DNA of 64,000 nt from the human T2T-CHM13v2.0 reference genome, Homo sapiens. The DNA is taken from assembly GCF_009914755.1 (NCBI RefSeq), contig NC_060928.1, one strand, 5' to 3'. The notes under the pieces were generated by a model. It was given only the letters and a program-made list of their open reading frames with translations. It was not told where the DNA came from and ran no database searches. Shown piece after piece: positions 1-16,082 of the stretch (positions are counted from its first letter, which is position 1; each line of letters opens with the position of its first letter). The position numbers were made by a program, and so were the translations under genes.

Positions 1-289
<289 letters not shown>

Positions 290-352
290 TAAATAGGAAA
301 CACATGAGCCCGTGAAAGGTAATAAATTAGGTGTATAAATTATGAAAAATTA

Positions 353-813
<461 letters not shown>

Positions 814-1595
814 GTGATAAACTAAATAAACGAATAATGAATAAATGCCAAGTCACTAAAATGTACTTGATTCTAAGCAAGATATCTGCTATTAAAACTT
901 AATTTTTATCTTGAAAGAAATGGGAAGAAATTATCAAAATATTTTCAGATAATAAACTCCAAATAACTGATATTTATCTACATAGAAAGTTGTCCTTTAC
1001 TATCTTTGTAGTAGTGTCTTCTACTATGGTTGTAGTAGTGTCAGTGCCTGTACTTTTTCTCAATTCTCTGTAAAAATACCTAAATATTGTTTACATATCT
1101 GAAAAGGTACAGGGACATACCTATATTCCCAAGTTTTCCCTTACAAAAGTAATTAACTTTTTATTTCTCTGCTTTGCTAGCAACAAAACTCTCAAAATCT
1201 TAAGTAAGGTACCCTTCTAATTGCCATAATAATTCAAACATTTCTTTAGGACCTCTAATTGTAAGAGATGATTTTTATTACACCTTTGATGCATTAATTT
1301 TTAAATTTAAGAAGGAAGCACACAGCTTACTTTTGGAATAAATTTCCTCCTGGAGTAATCAAGAATTTTGGAAATTAATTCTGTAAAAATTGTGAGCCAC
1401 AACCCAAGCATCTGGAGTCCTACAATGCTCTCAATATATTTTTAACATGATCATTGAGAAAAAAGCCATCAGCCCTTATTTCTCAACGAGAGCCATTCTC
1501 ATCCATAGTGATTAGTGTGAGATTTTACGCCAAGCTTTCATGAGTTTTAAGACAAACTTATTAAGCACCTTTCTTATTTACAATACAGGTATGTG

Positions 1596-1598
<3 letters not shown>

Positions 1599-1627
<29 letters not shown>
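1599..1627. repeat. (AC)14 microsatellite
   Basis: Read directly. Confidence 0.97.
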
Positions 1628-1632
<5 letters not shown>

Positions 1633-3236
1633 TTCAAGTTGCTCAATTTTAAAATAAAGATATCTTTTAAAAATAATATAGGTAGAAGGGACCAAAAAAT
1701 GTAGCTCCAAAATGTAAAACTCCAGATTCATGGATATAAGTTTCCCAGGAAGGAAAAAAAATCAACTATGTATATAATAAAATGTTTGCAAAATTCACCT
1801 GGTAACCAGCCATGAGCACATGCATTCTCTTCTTTGAACTGATATGGTCGTGACCTTTCTAATCTGAGTATGGAAAATTATTAACCTTCTTCTCCCTTCC
1901 CCATTTGAAAAAAATAATTTCAACAGTCCTCATGTTAGATTTCCATTCAGGTGTTACTGAAATGTAGGAAAAACACATATTGGAGTATGTGGTAACCTTT
2001 TTATATGTTCCCAAGTAAAACCCATAGCAATACAATATTCACACAAAATGGGTGATGGGATGTTTTTTAACTTACTAACCATCAATTGATCTTACATGTC
2101 ATTTTCTGTGGCTTGTGGTCACAAACCCTCTTCTTAAGGGCAAGCGAGGTCATCAATCAAATCCAATTCAGATGGCTTAACCAACTAGCATGCAAACACT
2201 GACAACCTAAATATCTGTTAGGCCTTTTATTAGGTGCACTAGTGACTGACATGGACCAATGGACACTGCCCTCCAACTCGAAATCAACAAGTCAGACAAA
2301 GGGTAGTAATATAGTTTGCTACAAGAAAAGAGCAAGTTTGTCTTGTGACTAAACAAGGAAACTTTCGGTCTCTAAGGGTTTTTATCTGGCACATCCTTCA
2401 TATGAAATAACAAACTCAAGAATTCCTTGGACACCCAACCACCAGTTGAAAATGGGGAGCTTCTGACTGTTCTTGCCAGTAACATAAAAGCAGCCAAATA
2501 CAAATGGACTGTTTTTATTCTCCTTTGTCTTTAAGATGAAATATTAAATCATCAGGCACCCTACCTGTTTCCTACATCCCTTCTTGGTTCAATCATCACA
2601 GAGAATCTTGTGCAAACATTATAATTTTAAGATACTTCTCTGTTACAAAATGATACATGAATTATAACTAATAAAGCAGTACACAGAATAATACTTATAT
2701 TTGCAAAATGAAATACACACACGGAGAGAAATAAAACATTCACTAGGTAGATCAGGCTCAGCAAAATAAAAGCATTTAATTCTCTTGATTACTAAATAAT
2801 GACTGATTTTCCATGGTTCCTAAATCTGAAAAGGCCTTCCAGAAAATTCTGCCCTCCAATGTAATCTATCAAAACTATATCTGTTGCAAAACAGTACAAA
2901 ATTCTTGCCATCCAAAAGCAGCATGAAGCAAACTAATGGATCTCTCCTTAAGATTATGTATCTGCCAAACGTGTGTCCCTCACAAGGAGGTCTGTGTGTT
3001 CCCAGAATTTCATCTGGTACTAACCTCATTCAAAAGGTCTTAGAAGCTTTAGTGGGAGGGAAGGTGCATTCACCTTTCTAACTATGCCCAATCTTTAAAT
3101 ATGTGAAAATAAAATAGCTTTTCATCATTTTTCAGTTAAATGACATGCTCTCTGTTATATGTACTTGACATTAAAAATGGCATAGTAACCTTCATCTATT
3201 TACAAAATTATTACCTTCATACACGTTTCTAAAATT

Positions 3237-4710
<1,474 letters not shown>

Positions 4711-6088
4711 AACCAAGCTACTATGAAAGAATTAACATTAAGTTTGAATACCACCAATACCATGGTGGGCGAATAGGTGACATAAGAGAACCTCCATGAA
4801 AAATGACAAAATGAAGCCAGATCAGGCAGGATAAAAGGAACAAAAAGTAGCTCAAACAAAGAAAAGAACAAAACTTAGCAAACCTCAAAATTTGATGACC
4901 AAGGAAAACAAAAGAAAATTCTTGAACAATTTAACATGATTTATAATTCACCTCCAATGCAACCCTACCTCCATTCCTGAATTCATACTACTGAAGATGT
5001 TGGTAAAATTGTGATGGGAGAACACAAGGTCACAGGTCCATAACTTCTACTACTCGGACCAATAATACATCTCATCTGAATTCCTATATTAGCCAAGAAA
5101 AAAAATCTATGGAAGGAGGTTCCAGGATGTTTAAGGAGGTAATTTAAATTAAAAAAAATGAGCTCCCAGTTGTGGGCACAAAGGTCCCCCTGAGCAGATG
5201 TGTTCCTACACTGATCTTTAGTCTTATGCCTCCAAACAAGTATCATCTTGGATAAACTGAGGCAACAGTATTTAATTATACATTTTATTATTATTAAGAG
5301 CCAAAGTTGTATTTTCAAAATATCTACTAAATGATGTCTATATTATTGCACATTTCCCAACTTCCTTATCTTTTTGCCACGTATGATGATTAGACTTCTC
5401 TCCCATTTAAAAATATCTCATGCTTTCTTACTAATGTTGAACAATTTCCAGATCAGTCCTGGGCAAGTTTTAATTTGAATTAATGTATTCACATATTCAT
5501 TGATTTCATTATGCACTGTGCAATTTGAGAGATTTATAAGCTACTGTGAGACTAAAATTCAAAAATGGCTGTTCTGTATTTATTAGTTTCCACATAGTTT
5601 GGGGCCAGTTGTCTTCTCTTTCTGAACACTTCTCTTGATAACAGTAACAGATCACACAGGAAATATGAGAGATTGTTTATGAATGCCCTGAGACCCAAAA
5701 TGCTTAGACATAAACTAAGATTAATTTATTGCACTAAAGAAGTAATTACAAGCAGAGTAATTAAGATTCACAATTGTCTTGGGATTTACAACACAGAATA
5801 TTCCTTAATAGAACACTCTGGATCTATAACAACCAGAATCCATGACAGCAATTCACCACCATCACTGTCACAAAAAAGATACTAAAGGGTAGAACACCCT
5901 CCATTAATATTAAAAAGACATACGTCACCCATTACAACACTTTGGCTGAAAATCTACAAGACTGAAAACTCTACCTAGTTTGCATGGAGTGTTAGATTTA
6001 GTTACCATACTTGCTCTACCAATAGTTCAGAACATGAAGGTATATACTTTAGATTACAGCTATCTGTGCCTCCTGAATTGGACAACTA

Positions 6089-6515
<427 letters not shown>

Positions 6516-7189
6516 TGAGTAAATGTTTCTGAATGGTTGAGGAAATCCCACCAAATACATTTGCCACACTATTTAAATGGGTGGTGAGGGAAACTGGCCA
6601 AATTATGCAATGAATCTTCTGTGAAGTGTGGCCAATGAATATAATTCTGTGTTGTGCTTTAATGAAATTTTCTTCCTATTCCTGAGAAAAGGACAAAGAA
6701 AAATAGCAATACATGAGAAGAAGAAAGTCAACCATGAAACAGTTACGAGCAAGAATTAAAATGCTGCTGAGGAAACCACTGAATAATTTAAGAGTTCTTG
6801 CTAAGTGCCTCAATCTTCAACCTCTTGTTCTCTAAGAGAAGATTATCTCTAGCACTCAAGGTTCTTTCATAAATTCCAGGTGCCTTGTGTCTGCAGAAGA
6901 GTTCTCAACTGACCATATTTCTTCCATTCCCAAATCAAAACACCAATTCATCCCTACCTAAGGAGAATGCAAACAGTTATCCTCAGACCTCCTGATAAAA
7001 TATATTTAAAATAAGTAACATCAATTTGATATCGTTCACTACATTAAAATATGGCCATAATTTTCTAAGTTTGTGAAAATTTTGAGTAATATTAAATTGT
7101 GATTATTTACATTTACATGGTACTACTGTAATTCCTGTTGCCCTAAATATTCATACAAAACATACATGCACAAAATATTTGGGAATAGG

Positions 7190-7552
7190 GAATATATCTA
7201 TACATATATTCATACATACATATTCATATATTCATACATACATATATTCATGCATACATATTCATATATCATACATACATATATTCACACTATTCATATA
7301 GTCATACATACATATATTCACACATATTCATATATTCATACATACATATAGTCACACATTCATATATTCATTCATACATATTCATATATACATACATATA
7401 TTCATACATACATACTCATACATACATACATATATTCATACATATTCATATATACATACATATATTCATACATACATATTCATATATACATACATACATA
7501 TTCAGTGTATATATCTGTGTGTGTGTGTATCTATCTACCTATCTATCTATCT
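7190..7552. repeat. Degenerate CATA/CATATATT low-complexity tandem array followed by (TG)n and (TATC)n
   Basis: Read directly; units such as CATACATACATATATT repeated over about 300 bp. Confidence 0.92.
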
Positions 7553-10039
7553 TGATATATTCCCTGGATACAAGTATATACATTTTACATTATTCTTAGA
7601 ACTATTATCTTCATAGACTATCACTTAAAACAAATCTTTTCAAGTTCTATTAATATAATTTGCAGAACTGCTTATAATGGTTTTCATAAAGACACAGAGT
7701 TCATGAAAGTTCTTACTTTTACTTCCGTATTCAGGCAAAAACCCACAGGAAGTCATTATGTTCCCTCTGACCTACAGGAGATGTAAAAAATAAATAAAAC
7801 AAGTCTACAGCAGGTACTAGAAACTGGTACTAAGCCAACCTTTCTGAGGGATACTGTCCATAGAATGGAAGGCAAGAAGTATTCTGAGTAAGGGGTCATA
7901 AGAAAGCCAGTCCTAAAATAATCTCCTCAAGCAGCAGTCCTGGCCTGTGTGGTTTCATTACGTTGTCAGAACCAACATTTGTACAGTTTATGAGCCCCAA
8001 AGCTCCCATAAAAAATTCCTAGGAGACCAGCCTGGAAGTCAAGAAAGCCAAAGAGGGCCTTAGCTAGTTCTGCTAAATTCCAAAATGCTAACAGATTTTT
8101 TTTTTAGACTTTATTAGTGTAAAGCATTTAAAATATTGCGTTTTATTGGTAGCTTCAGTTAAGACCTTGCTAAAGATTAGCTACTCACTTGCCAAGACCC
8201 AAATACTCCTCAAACTCTGATCCTCACAGAGAAAAAGGAAACATCAAGTAAAGGCAGCAAGTGTCAGAGGAGAAAGAACTAATGCCCTGTTTCCCTTCTC
8301 TTTGTGTCTAATTGTTTCTCATATTCCCTGCATTCCACCTGGGATGGAAATGTTTGTTTTTTGAAAGGTTAGTAGGGATTTATTGGAAATTTTCGCTCAG
8401 GACCTAATAACTTAAAAGATCTGCTGTGAAATCTGAGGACAGATATGGCTATCACCAAACACAAGTATAAAAATAAAACAATATTTTACTATCAATAAAA
8501 ATGCTTTCATTTGTCTAGATTAAAATTGTTTGGAGATTACTGAAAGGTAATTTTTTTTTACTTTTTTACACTATCTAAATAATATTTTCTAATTTTCATG
8601 TCTATCAAAATGAACCCAAATAGGAAGACATATCTGCCACAAACCATTCTATAAGCATTCCAAAGCTAAATAAAAATGAATTTTAATATATCTACTCACT
8701 TATTCATGCTAGAGTAGCATTACCAAGCAAAAACCAAAACACTCCTCCTCTATATACAATCTTCTCATGTTTGTTAGTCTTAAAAACCTCACATGAAAAT
8801 TAAAGACGCATTCATTATCCATATCAGCTAACCAGTTTATCTAGGGGTAGGCGGATTAATACAGGGGTGTAAGAAACAGCCAATTTGCTCAGAGAATGGA
8901 AATACCATATGATATCATCTGACCTCAAACTTTAGGAGTTTCCCTGACCCCCAGATTAATGGAGCATCAAGATACATTAAAGACTTCAGGAAAAGGAAGA
9001 TCTAGTTTCTTAGCCACTGATGATTTATTAATGAAGCATTAACACAAACTCATTAATGCTTTCAGCTCTTGCAATGAAGCTGCCCTTTATTAAGTGCCTC
9101 CAATGTGTTTATGTTTTGAGAAGTTAATAATTAAGAAAAAAGGCATCGTGCACATCACTAAAAAATGCTTTATCTATGTCTCATAAAATAGCTATCTCTA
9201 TGAATGAAAAAGCCAAGAATGGAGTTTATAAGAGGCTCTTATTTGGGGAATGTGGGTCACATGTTCACTAACTTTAGTGAGAAGTGGGAGGCAGGTTTGA
9301 CTGGAACATTGCCCAAGATTATCACCAAAACCTGTGGGGTATTGGACAGATAGGAGGGGCAGATCCCCTTTGCTGTGCACTCTATCTTACTCTGTGCTTC
9401 ATCCCATCCATATATGATAAAAAAGAAAGTAATTTATAAGAACATTGTCAAAAATGTCAAAAGATCAGTTTTAATAAGCTTTTCCTTATAAGCCACACCA
9501 TACAACCCAAGGCACAATTCAGTGCTATCATACATTGTGCTCTAATTGGTTTACTACGTGAGACCAGGCTTTCTACTAATTAGCAAATTTTTTGAGGCCA
9601 GAAACTTTTAGTAATATTTCTCTTATTTCATTCTCAGTACAGGTACACAGTGTTCTTTAAGTGTTTATAGATTGATTCATGAATTATTAGCATATGGTTG
9701 ATGGAAAAATAAATACTGCTAATAAAAGGAACATGAAAATAAGTTTCGCACTTTCTATTTAGAACATGATTTGATCACAACCTAATAGTCACCAAGAAGA
9801 TGCTGTCACCTCACTACAATAAGCACTTACTCTGATTACATCACGAAGTGAGAAAAGAAAAGTACAATGTTCCTCCACATCTCCCAAGCTGGATGATAAC
9901 TGTCAATACTAACTTCTGCCTTGGAATTTGTGGGATGGGAAGATAGGTAAGAAGAGTAAGTAAAATAAAGAAAAATAAACTAAGGGGGGAAAAGGAATGA
10001 CAGAAGAAATTTTGAAATAATTTCCTATTCAGTCTCAGT

Positions 10040-10930
10040 GATTCAAATACTGTATATTGACAAGCCTGAATTTTTATCTCCAAATTTGACCTCTCTACTC
10101 CTCCCCTGAATTCTGGACCATATCCAAGGGTCAACTCTCTATCTCCATTTGAATGTCTAAAAGGCATATCAAATTTAACATGACCAAACTTAGCTCTTGT
10201 TCCTTCCCACCAAACCTATTGTTCCTGCAGTTTTCCCCATCTCAGTAAATGACAATTCCAGCCTGCTAAATTGCTCAGGCCATAAACCTTATCTTTGAGG
10301 CAATTCATTCCCTCACACCCCATTTTCAATTTGTCAGCAGCTCCTATGGGGTCTGCTTTCAAAATATAACCAGAATACAACTACTTCTCACCACCTCCCC
10401 TACAACCACCTGGGTCCAAGCCAGCACTGTCTTACCTGGATCACTTCAATAGCCTCCTAATTTATCTCCCTTCCTTTCTTGCAGTTTACTTTCAACCAAA
10501 TTTCAACCAAGTAACCAGATTGACCCCATTGCCTCCTAAGACAGATAACATTATCCCTGCACACAAAACCTTCCAAATGGTCCCCATCGCTCACAGTGTA
10601 AATGATACAGCTCTTGCTATGATCTGCAATGCTATGTATGAGCTGTGCCCCTGCCCCTTACCTTATCTTCTATTACTCTCCTCTGACTCACTGCTCCAAA
10701 CACACTGGTCTCCTTGCTTCTCTTTGAGCATATTACGTATGCTACTAACTCAGGACCTTTGCACCTCCTGACAACTCTTAGGAAGCTCTTGCCACAGATA
10801 TCCACATGGCTATTCCTTTACCTCATTCAAAACTTGTCTCAAATGCACCATACTAAGGGAGGTCTTTGCTAAGCCATCATATTTAAAATTGCAACGCACA
10901 CCACTTGACAGACAGACACACAGACACACA

Positions 10931-10969
<39 letters not shown>

Positions 10970-11170
10970 ATATACTCCTTAGCCCCCTTCCCTTGCATCA
11001 TTCTTCTCCACAGCCCTATTACCATCTCACATACTTCTAGTTTACTTAGGACTGAAATGTAAGCTCCATGGAGGTAGGCATTTTCTTCTGTTTTGATCCC
11101 TGGTATATCACCAGGACCTAGAATGGTGTCTAACACATATAACAATCAATAATTATTTTTTATTAAGTTG
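10040..11170 (+). mobile_element. L2 LINE 3' portion containing a (GACA)/(CA)n microsatellite at about 10907-10970
   Basis: L2 motifs ATCTCCATTTGAATGTCTAAAAGGCATATCAAATTTAACATG, CTCAGGACCTTTGCAC, GAAATGTAAGCTCCATGGAGGTAGG. Confidence 0.85.
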
Positions 11171-11397
11171 GTGGATCCATTAAGAAGCAAGAGAGATGAA
11201 TTAAAGTCTCTACATAAAAAATCACCCAAAATCAATCTTCAGTCATCTCCCTGGTCTTCTCAAGGGTTGTTATTACCCACCTTCTAATATCTATTGATAA
11301 TAGCTATTAGGTAAGTGTATTTGTAGGGGCCAGGAGCAGCCCTTGCCTTCTCATCTTCATCACGGATGAGATAAAATATACACAGAAGCCGCACAGT

Positions 11398-11625
11398 AAT
11401 AATGGCTAACATTTGAATGCTTACAATATGCCAGGTACTGTTCTAAGCACTTTAATAGATTACTCAATCCTCACATAATTCCAAAAGGCAGGCTTCTCTT
11501 TCATTCTTTCCCAGAGGAGGGAACTGAACTGTAGAAATTTTAAGAAACCTTCACAAAGCTAGGAAGTAGAAGAGTCAGAATTCTAACTCAGGTCATCTCT
11601 CCAGAGGTCATGTTCATATCCCCTG
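11398..11625 (-). mobile_element. MIR SINE
   Basis: AATAATGGCTAACATTTGAATGCTTACAATATGCCAGGTACTGTTCTAAGCACTTT matches reverse MIR 3' end. Confidence 0.85.
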
Positions 11626-12682
11626 CATCTAATGGAAAGATGGTCCCATTAGGAGTACAGAGAAGGTAATGCATATGAACGTTTTGAGGTAGTATGAAAA
11701 GCAGCATAATAAGAACTAACACTTGGATATACAAAGAAGCACAATGTCCCTCAATGTCCAAGGAGTCTTGATTTGGTACAGGAAACAGTAGAGACCTGTT
11801 GCATCTGAGCCAGGAGGTCAGTCGTACTGGAAGAGGGTCTCACTATAGGCACACTAACTCTGGTCTCAAGGTTTTGAAGAAAGAAGGGAAGGCAAAATCT
11901 ACATATGGAAACATGTATATGCAAGAGCATGGAGACAAAAAAGAATGTGTTTATTCACTCATTCATTCACTAGCCATTCTAAGCCTCCCATGCTATAGGC
12001 ACCAGAGGCACTAAGAACCAACAGATAATCCCTGTGCTTAAGGACATAGATAGTTACAGAAGAATGATCAAGAAACCAGCCTAAATAGATGCAGTTTGTT
12101 GGAAAAGTGGAGGAAGAGCTTAACAGACAAAAAGGGAAGAGATTATGGAGATTTTCAAGAGCCAGGAGTTTGAATTTGAATGTAAAAATATATTAATTAT
12201 AACTTTCTGAGGTACACAATAAATATTTGTTGAATAAAGGAAATGCTATTCTAAAATACTTTCAAACGCCTGGCCTACTATATATTTTCTTCTTTCTGTA
12301 CTTGGATAACTATTGCAACAGAGGAAATCATTTGCTGACATCTCTCAACCCACCAATAATCTTGGAAAATATGAGAAGGAGTCTTTCTTACTATACTAAG
12401 CCAGTTCTTATGAGAAATGACTCATATAATACCTGTTTTAAGATACCTAAAAAAAATTCCAAAGCATAGATGATTTTTTTCCTCTGAAAATGACTCCCTC
12501 AAATAGAGTCCTTGGAATTAATGAAATAGCCCATTTTCTCCTTGAATTAAACTCCGAAGAACAAATGCAGAAGTCATGGTGTTTAAAAGAACCCACCTTC
12601 TTCCTTTCTGCTCACAAAACTAGCGAGTCACAATGTTTACTCTTCTGGATCACACAGGAGAAATCATTTATAAATGGCAGTA

Positions 12683-13036
12683 CAGATGTTCCTCAACTTA
12701 TTATAGAGTTACATCCCAATAAACCCATCAGAAGTTAAAAATATTGCTAAGTCGAGAATGCATTTAATACATCTAACTTAACTGAACATCACAGCTTAAC
12801 CTAGCCTACCTTAAAACATGCTCAGAACACTTTCATTAGCCTACATCATCTAGCACGAAGCCTATTTTATAATAAAGTACTGAATATCTCATGTAATTTA
12901 TTGAATACTACACTAAAAATGAAAAATAAAATGGTTGTATGGTTAATCAAATTACAGTTTCTATTCAATGTGTATCACTTTTGCACCATAATAAAGCTGA
13001 AAAATCATTAAGTCAAACCATCATGGATACCATCTA
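12683..13036 (+). mobile_element. MER47A (TcMar-Tigger MITE)
   Basis: CAGATGTTCCTCAACTTA start, CAGCTTAACCTAGCCTACCTTAAAACATGCTCAGAACACT core, TA on both flanks. Confidence 0.9.
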
Positions 13037-13074
13037 TATTCCATATCAATGCTCTTATTTGACTCTTTTCTCAT

Positions 13075-13270
13075 ACATTGACTTGGACATGTAACCAAAG
13101 ATCTCTCTGTGCCTCAAATTCATCATCCGTAAAATGGGGATCTCAATAGATGTACCTTGTACAGTTTCTGTGATAATTTAATGAGGAAAAGCACATGCCA
13201 TATGTATACAGCAGTGTCTGGTCCATTGTAAGAACTCAATAAAATGTTAGCTATCCTCATTATTATTATC
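13075..13270 (+). mobile_element. MIR SINE
   Basis: CTCTCTGTGCCTCAAATTCATCATCCGTAAAATGGGGAT core; CTCAATAAAATGTTAGCTAT end. Confidence 0.88.
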
Positions 13271-16082
13271 TTACACACTTTTATTTTCTAGTAGTTTGTA
13301 TTTTAATTTAAAATATTTTACAAATATATTTACTGCTAAAACAACTCAAACAGTAGAGAAAAGAAAAAGTAACCAAGAAAATCCCTTCTTCTCCACCCCT
13401 GGCTCCTTTAATCCCATTCTCCAAAGGTGTTACCATCTGTCTTTCCAAACATATTTTGTGATAGGTATATGACATGTTGGATGAAAGAAGCTAATTGCAG
13501 AACAGTTTACAGAGTGTGATCCAATTTACATAAATTAAAAAATGGGTATATAGCTATATCACCTGTCATAAAACATGTCTGAAAAGACATGCAGATAGCA
13601 ATTTCACTTTGGAGAGTGAAATTAAGGACGCCAGGGGTGGAGAAGAGGGGAATTTCATGTTCACTTTTTCTACATTTTTGGGATTATGTCCGGATAATAA
13701 ATTCTAGAAGTATGCCTTCTGGAGCAATGGTTATATCTATATTTCCATTGGATAGATATTGCCAAATTGCCTAGAAGAAATGATGTTTCTCAGTGGTATT
13801 CCATCAACTGAGAACACATATAATGTGATCCCTGGGCTTATCTACTGGCAAAGGCAGCTAAAAGGGATTGACTGAGGAGCCAACCTGAACAGAGTACAGA
13901 AGAGGTTTGCTGGAAAATATCTGGGGATGGTATATCTCTCATAGGCCATGGAATTAAAGTAAAAACCATATGAAAAATGGCTACTTTGGTTTTGTTTATC
14001 TGATAGTTTTTTCTTTTGTTTAATATCTATGATACCACCCACATACCTGAACTACCAAGGCTTTACCTTTCCAGACAATGTATTCTCAGAAAAAAGTGAC
14101 ATATTTAAGTGCTATTGATTCCTTTAACATTATGTTGTGGATACTGAAGCATATAATCTAAGGTTTACTAAGAGGTCGGCTCTCACAGAACATCAACTAG
14201 AAGCTCTAGAAGACAGAGGACACTACCACGTTTCTACTCTCTTCCACTCTGCCCCACTTTCCAGTCACCCTCTATGCCTAATCAGTGATTTACATAATCT
14301 ATAAACATTTTCTGCCCATCATCAAGAAAAATAATCAGATCAGATTTATGGGGAATAAAAAACAGCCCCACATCAAAATAACAAAACAAAACACATTGTG
14401 GGAACTCCAATATAGTATATACATAGTACATACATTTTGAATGTTGAGATTAAATTGTTCTAATGCAAACTGAAATAAACTCAATCCTATGTATCTGCAT
14501 TCATTATGATATAAACATGTCTTAACTTGTATTTTGATAAACCAAGGCACTAACTTTTAAAAATAAATTTATGAGCAAAAGACAGTCATTCTTTTAGAAA
14601 ACTACTAGGTACTTTGATAATACAAATGTTCCTTAGGAATTATGAGTCATGTTAAGAAGATAGTTCTACTACTTGTTTATTTCATTTCAAATGACTATGT
14701 ACTTAAGCATCCTACATTCCTGCTTGTCTATAATATCTCCATCTGGTACTTTTTGAATATCAAATTTTACTAAATTGTTTCTGTGGAAACGCAAGTATGT
14801 AATATCCAACGGGCAACTAAATTGAATTTATTTCAGAGTTACTGATTAAAGCCAGTCAAGATTGAGGCAACTTTTCAAAAAGGAACCAAAGAAAACCTGC
14901 TAACTTTAAAGAGGCAACCATTTCCCTGCCCCCAAGAAGGGTTATGGGTTATTTTTAATAAGCTCATAATTGTATATTGTCCATCTTTACTTTTGTCAAT
15001 AAAATTTAAGTAAAGTATATTCTACCAATTCATAATAAAGACCAAGGAGGGATAAATTCTTTCGGGTTGAGAAAAATCACCATATACTGACAAAATATTT
15101 ATTTCTTGTTCAGTTCTCAAGGCAGTAACAGTGGTAAGAAAGTAGGCTATTTCAACTCCTGCTGGCTCTGTGGGCATGATTCTAAAAGGTAGTCTTGTGC
15201 CACACTTCCCAACCTTGTTAACAAAGGGCCCTCCTCCTTAGCTTTAAATAGCACTATCAAATAACCAACTCCTTCAAATTGAGAAAAAACAACAAAAATA
15301 AAAAAACACTTTCCTCAAAACCAGAGTAGTGTAAGACTGTGAAACAAACAAACACAGGAGGTCCCAGGTAAACTGCTTCAGCTACCTCTCTAGGGTGACC
15401 ACACAGTTCACTTTCCCTCCTGACGCTGGCTGTGGGCAACTCTGTTTTCTCTGCAGAAAAGGAAAAGAAAGCAATCATAGCTAACTGGCAAGAATAGGCT
15501 CAGCTGTGTCTGCTGGTATTTGGAAAACTGGAGTGGGCAAAATGCCAGGCCACCCTTTAGATGAGCCTAGGACACCCTTGAAGGGTATCCTTCCTACCCT
15601 CTTCAGGAATAGACTAAGGGAAAGGAACCTGATCCATCCTTCAGGAAATATCCATCACAGTCCATCATCAGAGTAATTTCAAGTTCTCAAATTTCAACTA
15701 ATAAGGTTTTAGTTAAACAACGTATTCAACTATCACTTACTGATGATGCATGAAATCAGGCACTGATAAAAAAAAATTAGCAGACAAATGGATATATTTT
15801 TCTTTAACAGTTTCTGTTCCCTATAATCCCATTTGTCTTTACTAGATTAATTCTTCTAAAGCACTGTTTTCTTCATGTCACATCCCTGCTCCAAAAGCTT
15901 TCTGCTGTCCCCAGGATAAAGCCTTTTGGGCAATCTTATAGCTTATCATTTCAAACGTAGACACTGTGGGCTATTCAGGTCATTAATCTCATTCACCTCC
16001 AAAAGAATTTTTTATTTTTTCCCTCTGTCTCTTTGTTTACTTAACTCTCAACAATTGGAATGCTATTCATCTTTTTGCCCAT

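Noticed and set aside
4965-5090. Minus-strand exon-like segment (atatag|GAATTCAG...GGAG|gtaggg)
   Set aside because: Stops in all frames and mediocre splice sites; indistinguishable from background pseudo-exons
7166-7351. His/Ile/Tyr-rich ORF, or a CRISPR-like array
   Set aside because: Translation of a low-complexity CATA repeat; no repeat-spacer structure, and the context is eukaryotic
15740-15770. TGATGA...CTGA box C/D-like motifs
   Set aside because: Far too short for a snoRNA, and no terminal stem
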